Shown: piece after piece, positions 1 to 10,226 of the stretch
Position numbering within the stretch: the first letter of the stretch is position 1
Layout of the letters: the number at the start of each line of letters is the position of its first letter
Source: Azolla caroliniana
Lineage: Eukaryota > Plantae > Polypodiophyta
Assembly (NCBI GenBank): GCA_043228905.1
Contig: JBHGNT010000005.1
Location: 4,030,001-4,094,000, forward strand
Length of the DNA stretch: 64,000 nt
Direction of reading: 5' to 3'
Notes under the pieces: model-generated
Told to the model about the DNA's origin: nothing
Seen by the model: only the letters and a program-made list of their open reading frames with translations
Databases searched by the model: none
Position numbers and translations under genes: made by a program

Positions 1-1341
1 GTCCATGAAGAGAAGTTCAACCAGCCAATCTTCTTTGCAAACAACATTACAGGGAGAGTCCACCCGGTATGATCACTATGATATTAGATTGATTACATCT
101 CTTTGTGGTGATTGAATGAAAAATTCTATCTTTTCTAAGACAATCAATATTTCTATGTGGTGAGTGAAGGAAAAGTTCTATCCATTCTAAGAGGCTTATA
201 TATGTATATATATGTGTGTGTGTGTGTGTGTCGTGATTGAATAGAAAAATTCTGCCCGTTATAGAGGCTTACATATTATTTGTGTATATGTATGTGCATG
301 GTATTTCAGGTTATACCAGAAGGAGCACATAGGGCTATCTACTCTCCGCATTCATTCAAGATAATATTCAAAGAGGGAGGTTGTGGGACATTCGTGCCAT
401 TGTTTTTCAATCTTGTGAAGGTTATTCGACAGTATCAAGCGCAGTATAATCCACCCCCTCCATTTGAACCGAGTGCTCAACAAACCAGCCCCTATGTGTA
501 TAGTGATCCCATACCAGCAGCACCACCAGCTACGGATGAGATTATCCGGCAAGCGTATGTTTTGTGACCTTTCTTATCCTTTTCCTTTTTTCTTTGTATT
601 CTCCTTTGTTTTTGTATAGCTAGCTCTCTTGCTGTTTTATGAGCTCTGAGTTTGAACATGCTTCGGTATCAAGTGATAAACCTTTAAGAAAACACAAATA
701 CGTTTTGAAAATTCTTGTGTAAAGTGTGAAATTTGGAAATGTTTTTGTTGAAGGAATTTAATTTTATATGAATAAACAATTGCACGCTCCAAAATACTTT
801 CGTTTAAAGAATGGAATTTTGAAAATGCATTTGTTTAAAGAATGAAATACTAAGGTAAAGGAAAGTGTTTTATATTACTTTCAACTTCGTCTATGTATAA
901 TTAAATGGAATACACATTTTTACTAGATGTGTTTTAGGTTAAAAATTTTGTTTAGAAGGAATTGCCTGCTCTTTGAAACTCTTAAATACTGTTAACAATA
1001 GGAAATGGAGTGCATGTTTTTACTAGATTTTTTGCCTTTTGTTTTCTAAATGGAAATTAAATTACTTTTTTGTAAAGAAATATTAGAATTTATTGTCTAC
1101 ATGAACTTGCTTGATAATACGTTCTTTTACTACAGAATCTTGTTTCAATCTCTGAATATTATATATGGATTGGGATTCATGAGTGCATCACATTGTAATA
1201 TCTTATTTATTGTGTTGTTCCTACAGATATGTGGACCCAAATGATCCAACCAAAATCTACTTACAACAGCCATATGAGTCTCAACCACAGCTTCGAAGGA
1301 GGACATACACGGCTATTCCTTCTGAAGATGGGCAGATATAG
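1..1341 (+). CDS. 3' part of a UPF0664 stress-induced / WW-domain-binding protein 2 (WBP2)-like gene; exons 1-66, 310-554, 1227-1341; 5' end outside the window
   Basis: GT-AG spliced translation VHEEKFNQPIFFANNITGRVHP|VIPEGAHRAIYSPHSFKIIFKEGGCGTFVPLFFNLV...DEIIRQA|YVDPNDPTKIYLQQP...QI*; the FNQPIF, FKEGGCGTF and YVDPNDPT motifs match my recollection of the plant family. Confidence 0.85.
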
Positions 1342-3099
1342 ACAAGACAAAAAGCAATCTGTATTGAAGGATGGGTAAAGCTACAAAGATTTGGAGCAAT
1401 TAATAATAATAAATCTTCTTGATTATTTTGCAATAGAGCTTTGTGACCTCACCCCATCTTCACTATGGACATCCATGCACAGCATTAGAATCCTTTTTTA
1501 TAAAATCAAAAGTGTTCGAAGCTTTGTTAATATTTCTGTGTTGTACAGTTTATGTAGTTCTAAATGTTCTTAAAGACAACAAAATCATGGTGGCTTCTCC
1601 CCCTACTTGTGTTGTGAATGTTTACATTGTACATTGTATGTCTACAGCAAATTTCCAAGAGATATTTCACATAATTTTGTATGAGCACCTATTGCTGATG
1701 ATCATCATATGCGGTCTTCAGAGGAAACACTGTTTGTATTTTATGGTTTCATTGACTTGTTGTTTTGTATCCTAATTTGTGCCACTAACTAATGTCATCA
1801 TCATTAAGTTATCTTCCTCTCATATGAATGATATCTTCTTTGGAAGCTGATTTGTGTTATTACCATTAGGCTATTATACATATATTATTAGCTTTCATTA
1901 TGTAGAGTTCCACTTGGTCATGGCGATGATGATAAACTATGAAAGTATCTTACAACTTTAGGTGATTAGGTTTGCTACTTTAGGAGCATAAAATAAACAA
2001 TTGGTGAAGGATTGGAACAATTTTTTTTTTGTGTGTATGTCTATAAATATATGTATTGGATAGTGATTGCGAATAAAGGTGCCACCCTTTCCATGAGACA
2101 CCTTGAAGAAAGAAAATGAGGGTATTTATAAGCATTATGGTACGAGAAAAAGCATAGGAGAACTAATTATAGCATATAATAATGTTTATTAAACGAGGTG
2201 TTTTGTTTTTGCATGCAACATGGTCTCATAAAGATTTTCAACAGGATATTTTATTTATAGTGCAACCATATACTTAATTATTATTGATATGAGAATTAAC
2301 TTTATCTTATGTTGCTCATCCTAACAAGGTGCTATCCACTAAGGAATAATTGATATAGTTGATCAAACTAGATGTGTGAAGTAGAACTATCGCTGAATGA
2401 TAATGTAGAATGATGTACATCACCAAAATGTTAAACATGCTTTTTACAATCGTTTCACTCAATAGTAGGTTACCCTACATACCCATGCTAGGGTTGTTAC
2501 TATAGTTCATTGATGGTTGGTACATGGTTCATCGATGAACTATCAAGAATTGCTTGTGCAAATGAGAGAAATAAATTTTATATTTGTTTTCATTTTCATT
2601 CTTGTCTCAAAACCATTCCAAGGCACAACTTACCACAGGATTGATTGTTCCATTTCCATATGCTTATAGCGACACTTGATTGAACATTGTATGATTCTAT
2701 CTACGCTCAAGTCAATGATAAAGTTCTCCTACGGGAGTGTTCAATCAAATTTTGTATATAGAATTAAAGGATCATAACAAAGTTGCTCACCCAGAACTAA
2801 AGATATGAAGAGAAATGCTTTAAGAAGGTCATACATAGGGAGGAGAGGTTTCTCCATGCATGCCTTGCCCTCACGTGCAGAAAATCAGGATGGACGCAAA
2901 CAACAACTAGCAGCTATGTACCGATAGGAAACACCCCACAGTCGAGTGGCCATTGGTAGACCAGGAAAAACACATATACATAAACAAACTCATGTGTATG
3001 TACTTGATTGGACGATTCACACTTATAAAATCAGCCCATGTATAGAATTATGTACATGCTGCTACTTCAAGCATTTGTACATATATGCATGCATGCATG

Positions 3100-3135
<36 letters not shown>

Positions 3136-3216
3136 CATAAACCCATTATCTAAGCGCATGTATGCATGTATAAAGCGTATGTATGTATAAAGCGTATGTA
3201 TGTATGTATAAGCGTG

Positions 3217-3560
3217 GTGTCTAACTACTACCAAATATTAAAGAGGCCAAGTGAGGGAATCGCGGAGAGGGACGGTGCAGGTCGCACCGCTGATGGCGCG
3301 TTCGATCTCCACCGTCCAAGATGGATGTGGAATAGGCGCGAAAAAGCGCGCCACATAAAAAGGGAGCCCGGCTCATACAAAATGGAGCCCGACTCATTAA
3401 AGAAGGGCTCCACTTTGTGAAAGGGAGCCCTTCTCATTCATGTTCAGGGAAGTATAAAAACCCATTCAGGCAAAATGGAGCCCGACTCATTAAAGAATGG
3501 CTCCATTTTGTCAAAAGGGAGCCCTTCTCATTCATGTTCAAGGAAGTATAAAAACCCATT
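3217..3560 (+). repeat. Left TIR plus subterminal GGAGCCC motif array, including short palindromes and a ~106-bp tandem duplication
   Basis: First ~110 bp match the reverse complement of 9690-9800; then GGAGCCCG(G/A)CTC motifs and the palindrome GAAGGGCTCC-N12-GGAGCCCTTC near 3402-3433. Confidence 0.85.
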
Positions 3561-3594
3561 TCCTGTCATTTTCTGTCATTTTTTGTCATTCGTG

Positions 3595-3693
3595 GGTTTG
3601 AGGGTTTAGGGTTTTTGAGCGAGGCGCACCACCTGTCTGCGAGCACTCGTTGCAAACATCTCCGGTGAGGCAGCGAGCACCTGCAGTCCAGAG
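3595..3693 (+). promoter_or_regulatory. Putative promoter / 5'UTR exon of the element's Ulp1 gene
   Basis: Telo-box-like GGGTTTAGGGTTT (~3602-3614), a GC-richer stretch, then donor GAG|GTAGGC at 3693/3694 pairing with acceptor TTTTGTACAG at 4739 directly before ATG 4740. Confidence 0.45.
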
Positions 3694-3784
3694 GTAGGCA
3701 TCATATTCCTTCTATTAGGTTTTGGTTTTTATTAGGTATCATATTCTTTCTATTAGGTTTAGGGTTGCTTCTAATAGGTACCAT

Positions 3785-4535
3785 AAATGTGTGTATGATT
3801 AAATACATGTATGTGTGTATGATTCAATACATTTGTGTGTGTATGTGTATGATTAAATACATGTATGTGTGTGTATGATTGAATACATTTCTGTGTGTGT
3901 ATGATTGAATACATTTGTGTGTGTGATGGGTTTAGGGTTACATGTATGTGTGTATTTAAGATCTTCTTTGGGCTGTGAATGTGTGTGTTTGTTGTATGAT
4001 TGAATACATTTATTTGGGAATGTGCGTGTATACATGTGTATGATTGAATACATGTATGTGTGTATGATTGAATACATTTGTGTGTGTGATGGTTGAATAC
4101 ATGTATGTGTGTATTTAAGATCTTCTTTGGGCTGTGAATGTGTGTGTTTGTTGTATGATTGAATACATTTATTTGGGAATGTGTGTGTATACATGTGTAT
4201 GATTGAATACATTTCTGTGTGTGTATGATTGAATACATTTGTGTGTGTGATAGTTGAATACATGTATGTGTGTATTTAAGATCTTCTTTGGGCTGTGAAT
4301 GTGTGTGTTTGTTGTATGATGAATACATTTATTTGGGAATGTGTGTGTATACATGTGTATGATTGAATACATGTATTTGTGTATTTTAGATCTTCCATGG
4401 GCTGCGAATGTGTGTGCATGTGTATGATTGAATACATGTTTGTGTGTATTTAAGATCTTCTATAGGCTGTGATTTAATACATGTATCTGTGCATTTAAGA
4501 TCTCCCATGGGCTGTGTATGATTGAATACATGTTT
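3785..4535 (+). repeat. Minisatellite in the putative first intron of the element gene
   Basis: About 18 copies of (GT)nATGATTGAATACAT arranged in ~160-bp higher-order units containing TTTAAGATCTTCTTTGGGCTGTGAATG. Confidence 0.95.
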
Positions 4536-4999
4536 GATTTTGATTTTGCCAACATTTGAATGTCATTTAAATGCCAACATTTGAATGCTTGAATTTGCCC
4601 ATGTGATTCATGCATTATTGGGCTCTTTTTTATGCCCACATTTGAATGTCAAATCTAAAATCTTGTATACATTCTTTGCGTTTTTTCTCCCTAAATAATA
4701 GTAATGTAATGAATGCCTTTCTAAAAATGTTTTGTACAGATGGCTAGTCGGTCCAAGATCTTCATAGACTTTGATGCAGATTGGGGTGAAACAATACCCT
4801 ATGAAGGGAGGTATGGCATGAATCATTTCTCTACTTTATATTGTGTATAAATAATAATGTTTGTGTGCTAACTTGAATGTTGGTTTAGGGTTTATGTAAG
4901 AAAGGGTGTTAGGTGCCCCAAATCCAATGATACGGAGGCTGAAAACATCATTACTCAAGACTCGAGCATGGATACGAACCCCATGCATGACGTGGGTCC

Positions 5000-5475
5000 G
5001 CTCGTGACTAACTGCTACCAAATATTAAAGAGGGCAAGTGAGGGAATCGCGGAGAGGGACGGTGCAGGTCACATCGCTGATGGCGCGTTCGATCTCCACC
5101 GTCCAAGATGGATAAAAAGCTGACAACGTCTGTCAGAAGGAGCCCGACTCTGCCACAGGGAGCCCGACTCTGTCAAAAAGGAGCCCCGCTGTCAGACAGC
5201 CTATGCAAGAGGGAGCCCGACTCTGTCAGAAGGAGCCCCGCTGTCAGATCACATCAGTAAGAAGGAGCCCGACTCTGTCAAAAGGAGCCCGACTCTGTAG
5301 CAACAAACATCAAAAACTCCACAAAATTGTAAGTGTACAACAAATATTTTCCATGAAACTGACCATAAAATTTCTCAAAAAAAACGTAAAGGTTCAAATA
5401 ACAAGTCTTACATAAAATATTAAAATGTCAGATGTTGACAACCCTAAATTGAAATATACATATTAAGATTATGGC
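5000..5475 (-). repeat. Internal inverted copy of the element's right end (9310-9804)
   Basis: Reverse complement of 9310-9804 apart from ~3 small differences and one missing ~20-bp GGAGCCCGACTCTG unit; starts at GCTCGTGACTAAC, the inferred right terminus. Confidence 0.95.
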
Positions 5476-5923
5476 CCCCGAGGCAGTATTACATGGATGC
5501 CATGTGCCTTCTGTAAATGGGCCTCCATGTCCGCTTTTTTTCGAAACCATCTCCCCTCTTTTCTACACGAATCTCCCACAATACAGGTGCGACATTTGAT
5601 ACCTGTTGAGTCTCTTCCACACTTGAAGAGGGACATAGGGTCCACTACAACAATGGTGTCACATTTGCATTAGAAAAACCCAAAATATGCTTACATCAAT
5701 AATCAAGCATATTTTGGGTTTTTCTAATGCAAATGTGACACCATTGTTGTAGTGGACCCTATGTCCCTCTTCAAGTGTGGAAGAGACTCAACAGGTATCA
5801 AATGTCGCACCTGTATTGTGGGAGATTCGTGTAGAAAAGAGGGGAGATGGTTTCGAAAAAAAACGGACATGGAGGCCCATTTACAGAAGGCACATGGCAT
5901 CCATGTAATACTGCCTCGGGGGC
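5474..5923. repeat. Fold-back palindrome: 219-bp arms (5474-5692 / 5705-5923) with a 12-nt loop
   Basis: Arms are reverse complements with one mismatch that I could see; loop ACATCAATAATC. Confidence 0.97.
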
Positions 5924-7409
5924 TAAAGATAGACGAAGAAGAGCAATCGACCTCCATGAGGAGTACAGCCACATCATTCTTCAGCGAATACGAAAGACAA
6001 CGATCAATAAATCGTTTTTTGGATCCGGAGCTCAAGTATAATAGATCACGCCAATCACACATGAGAAAGTTGAGGACAAGAGCAATAAAAATCTTCAAAG
6101 CCACTCCGGACTCACTTCGAACATGCAAGGAGGCTGATTTCATTGCTCAATTCGTTAGCCAACAAATGGCCAGGTATGACGAGGGAAAGGAGCATAGGAT
6201 GGCAAAAGTGAGGTTGAAGATTGCGGATGCGTCTAAAGATTATGTAAGTATGGTTTATGATTTTGTGTGCATCTTATGTGAGTTTAAAACTTATGATTAT
6301 GTGTGAATCTTATGTATGAATTGTAGTGTAAGAGTCATGGAATTCCCATACCAAAGGATGAGGCACATGTCGAGATCGATGGTGGTCAAGACCAACTGTC
6401 AGAATCGACAATGCAACAAGCAAGGAGGCCGAAAATCCAAATCCGCAGGAAAGAAGTAGACCCATGTAATTCGGAGTTCATTACATCATCTGACACAGAT
6501 GAGGATGCAGACATTGGGATTGTCTTTGTTGGTCCAGGGACAATCTCGAAAACATGGGATAACTCTGCAAGAAATAAGTTCACCAGGTATGTTGTTATGC
6601 TGGGGGCATGATATCAATAGTTAACATCATGTTTGTTTAGTAGTTACTAATCTAGCCTAATAAACAGGTATCAGGTGGCATGCCGACGACTGGATGTAGC
6701 GGTCTTCTTGTTGGAGATACAACTATGTTCGTTGATCACAGTAGGGGAGATGGCATCCACATGGATGATAACCCTCTTCCATTTATGGATGGAGTACTCG
6801 CTGCCCCCCGAGATCAACAAGCGGTTTCATATTGTGGATCCGCTATGGGTACAACTAGAAGGCCAAGGCGATAAGGTCAAAGACGTACTCACTCGTGTTC
6901 CTGAAAGGGATTATGTCTTCATTCCAATATTGAACGCAGGGCATTGGGTGCTTTGGTTGAAGATGCGACAAACTCCTACAGGTCTCGATGCCAAGGTGAG
7001 GAGCCCAATTATATTTTGTGATCCACTAAATATTCATCTGACTACCAGGGTGCGGACATTGGGTGATTTGGCTATACGACATATCTCGAGTCGGACACAT
7101 GACCATTGCATCATCAACAACGGGCAATTCCATGAATTGCGTATCCCAACCCAACCTAATGGGACCGATTGTGGGTATTACGTGATGCAAACTATTCGCA
7201 TGTTGGTCGAGGAGTTGATTCAAGGATTTGAGTCCGATCAATTTGTAAGTATTTATGAGATTTGAATTTGAGCATTTGTTTTTGTTTTTGTTGATGGCAT
7301 CTTCAATTGTAGGGTAAGGAGCAATGGTTTGGATTCGAAGACGTGGAGCTCCTTCGGAAAATCATGGCAAAATGGGCACGAAGGACTTTGGGCATATGAC
7401 TACGTGGAG

Positions 7410-7808
7410 TCATTTTGCAATGGTTGTATATGACTCAATGTAAATCATTTTGGTTGTATATGAATCTCATTTTGGTTGTAGATGACTCAATGTAAATCAT
7501 TTTGGCTGTAGATGACTCAATGTAAATCATTTTGGTTGTATATGACTCAATGTAAATCATTTTGGTTGTATATGAATCTCATCTTGGTTGAATATGAATC
7601 AATTTTTGAATCTCATTTTGGTTGTATATGAATCTCATCTTGGTTGAATATGAATCAATTTTTGAATCGCATTTTGGTTGTATATGAATCTCATCTTGGT
7701 TGAATATGAATCAATTTTTGAATCGCATTTTGGTTGTATATGAATCTCATTTTGGTTGTGTATGAATCTCATTTTGGTTGTATATGAAAATCATTTTGGT
7801 TGTATATT
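7410..7808 (+). repeat. T-rich tandem array downstream of the Ulp1 stop codon
   Basis: About 15 copies of CATTTTGGTTGTATATGA(ATCT/CTCAATGTAAAT), units 22-34 bp. Confidence 0.95.
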
Positions 7809-7944
7809 GGAATTGTTTTGGGTGTCAAAAGAATAAGACTAATAGCTTATTGACAAGTAGTGAAGGCAATGGTTTTTGAGAAAGGCCAATAAAGAGTAAG
7901 TATATAGAAAGAGTGCTTCGGTCCTTACGTAAAGAATACATAGT

Positions 7945-8178
7945 AAGACATAATGTCAATCCATTTCAAAGACATAATAAGACTCAATGTCAATCCAATT
8001 CAAAGACATAATAAGACATAATAAGACTCAATGTCATTCCATTTCAAAGACATAAATAAGACTCAATGTCAATCCATTTCAAAGACATAAATAAGACTCA
8101 ATGTCAATCCATTTCAAAGACATAAATAAGACTCAATGTCAATCCATTTCAAAGACATAATAAGACTCAATGTCAATC
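7945..8178 (+). repeat. A-rich ~35-bp tandem array
   Basis: 6-7 copies of AAGACTCAATGTCAATCCATTTCAAAGACATAA(AT). Confidence 0.95.
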
Positions 8179-8208
8179 TTATGACTAAGGTTAAAAATCG
8201 GGAGTGCC

Positions 8209-9316
8209 ATGACTAAGGTTGATTGGGCTTTGATCTTGCATCATGCCTATGCACTCCGAGATCTTGGGAAAGTGGCACATGTTCAACCCTACCTGCATGG
8301 TGAACCAGGATCTCCCGCCATACAACCATTTATCTTGATACTTCAAGATCAATGGATGTTGGAAATGTGTGAGCGGTTGACCCTAAACAACTCTTGGGCA
8401 ATCGACTCGACATTTAAAACAAACCAATTTGGGCTACCATTATATGCCGCAGTTGCCCCCAATGCCATGGGAATTGGGATCCCATTATGGTACATGCTTT
8501 GTAGTTCTGATAAGGGGTCAAACCATGAGCAAGTGGCATTAGAAACTTGTTTGAAAGTCATATTCGCAAGGATGCCCACGGTGAGGCCAAATGCGATAGT
8601 GATCGATAAATGTTGGACGTCATATAATGCCATAACTAATGTGGTTGCAACAGACCGTCAATCTTGGATTGTTGTAAATGGGCAACGGTCCCAAACACAT
8701 TTGTGGTTTGACATGTGTGTGGAGGAAACTCTGGCCCAAGTTTGGTAGAATGTTCAACTATGGACATGTTGACACTACCAATATTGTGGAAAGACATTGG
8801 CAGTTTATCAAGTATACTGCCTTGAGGGGAAGAATAAACCGATCAATTACCGACCTTCTACATGTCTTAATCGGGGACAGTGAAACTGGCACTTGCATAG
8901 GAGGAACGGTAATAGAGTGGTACAAGCAACGACAAGAAATATGTGAGAGTGGTCGGTTTGCACCTCGTGCGAATTGTAGGGATCAAAGGTCTCGACTTAA
9001 AGAAGCAGAGAGAATATTGGAAAGGTATGTCGAAAATAGACATCTCGCAAGAACTTATTGGCAGCAACAATAGACATCTCGTGCAACAATAGACATCTCG
9101 CAAGAACTTATTGGCAGCTCCCCAAACACTTCCAAATCCCACTCCGGAAAATTACAAAGAGGTGCTAGTCGGGCTAGGAGGAGATTGCCATTGGTTGACC
9201 ATGAGAAGGTTCGGTGTTTGCGTTGCGATGGCTTGACCTTGACTTCAAGGGACTCAAATGTTACATGTTGTAAAAATTGTGGTTGCATCTTGCAATCATC
9301 CCGACATGAGCCATAA
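8209..9316 (+). pseudogene. MULE (Mutator) DDE transposase remnant in three pieces (about 8209-8697, 8720-9035, 9080-9316)
   Basis: WAIDSTFKTNQFGLPLY (first Asp), PNAIVIDK (second Asp), DTTNIVERHWQFIK (Glu motif); CxxH region and N-terminus absent; last piece ends VRCLRCDG...CCKNCGCILQSSRHEP* (TAA 9314-9316). Confidence 0.85.
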
Positions 9317-9479
9317 TCTTAATATGTATATTTCAATTTAGGGTTGTCAACATCTGACATTTTAATATTTTATGTAAGACTTGTTATTTGAACCTTTACG
9401 TTTTTTTGAGAAATTTTATGGTCAGTTTCATGGAAAATATTTGTTGTACACTTACAATTTTGTGGAGTTTTTGATGTTT

Positions 9480-9804
9480 GTTGCTACAGAGTCGGGCTCC
9501 TTTTGACAGAGTCGGGCTCCTTCTTACTGATGTGATCTGACAGCAGGGCTCCTTCTGACAGAGTCGGGCTCCCTCTTGCATAGGCTGTCTGACAGCGGGG
9601 CTCCTTTTTGACAGAGTCGGGCTCCCTGTGGCAGAGTCGGGCTCCTTTTCGCAGAGTCGGGCTCCTTCTGACAGACGTTGTCAGCTTTTTATCCATCTTG
9701 GGCGGTGGAGATCGAACGCGCCATCAGCGATGTGACCTGCACCGTCCCTCTCCGCGATTCCCTCACTTGCCCTCTTTAATATTTGGTAGCAGTTAGTCAC
9801 GAGC
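9480..9804 (-). repeat. Right TIR and subterminal array
   Basis: 8 copies of GGAGCCC(GACTCTG / CGCTGTC) on the minus strand, mostly ~20 bp apart, followed by the ~110-bp TIR. Confidence 0.9.
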
Positions 9805-9939
9805 ATGTATAAGCGTCTATGTATTTGTATGTATGAATACAGTATATATGTATATGTATACATATATAAGCGGCGAGCGCGTGTGTACTTTTTATTCATT
9901 CATTTCATTCATGAGAAGAAAGCAGGGAGAAGGAGAAGG

Positions 9940-9986
<47 letters not shown>

Positions 9987-10226
9987 GAAAGGTAGCACAA
10001 AGACGAAGGTTTCTGCATGCCTCCAGACGAAGAAGATCGCCATGGCCACAGCTACGATCACCAACACGATCATCGTCTGTTTCCACATGAAGAGGAGATG
10101 AACGATTTAAATCTCATTGATCCTCTCAGAAGGCCCACCAAGGCTCTGAAATTAGGCCTTAGAGCTCGATCTTATCATCGCCATATCCTTTCAGATCCTT
10201 CTAAGGTCTGGCACAGGAGAGTTCGC

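Larger units (their letters stand above)
4740..7399 (+). pseudogene. Transposon-borne zinc-finger + Ulp1/C48 SUMO-protease-like gene, disrupted in coding exon 2; exons 4740-4810, 4889-4999 (interrupted), 5753-6243, 6327-6586, 6668-7244, 7313-7399
   Basis: Downstream exons join in frame via GT-AG; C48 motifs VFIPILNAGHWVL, IIFCDPL, IPTQPNGTDCGYYV (His-Asp-Gln-Cys); C2H2-like CRTC..C..WFRKKTDMEAHLQKAH. Confidence 0.8.
3213..9804 (+). mobile_element. Non-autonomous, rearranged Mutator-like DNA transposon (MULE) carrying a Ulp1-protease gene and a deleted transposase
   Basis: ~110-bp inverted termini (3217-3327 vs 9690-9800, core CTAACT(A/G)CTACCAAATATTAAAGAGG...CCAAGATGGAT); direct repeat ATGTATAAG(CGT) at 3204-3215 and 9805-9816 as candidate TSD; internal MULE transposase motifs. 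Left boundary uncertain by a few bp. Confidence 0.85.

Noticed and set aside
3771-4372. His/Thr-rich minus-strand ORFs
   Set aside because: Translations of the (GT)-rich minisatellite
3220-5005. Helitron reading: TCTAACTACTACC 5'-like start and a small hairpin plus CTCGT near 4978-5005
   Set aside because: The same terminus occurs inverted at 9800, the internal genes are MULE-type, the hairpin lies in an open exon, and there is no CTRR end or Rep/helicase
5203-5415. ORFs in the TIR arrays (also 9396-9696 and 3166-3437)
   Set aside because: Products of GGAGCCC repeats with no protein features
7410-8178. CRISPR-like appearance of the regular repeats (also 18444-18740)
   Set aside because: Head-to-tail units without unique spacers, no cas genes, eukaryotic context
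9055-9350. Minus-strand ORF suggesting a transposase N-terminus and an inverted core
   Set aside because: The plus frame gives a coherent C4 zinc-ribbon C-terminus, a stop at 9316 and a T-rich 3'UTR; the minus frame has an in-frame stop and no motifs
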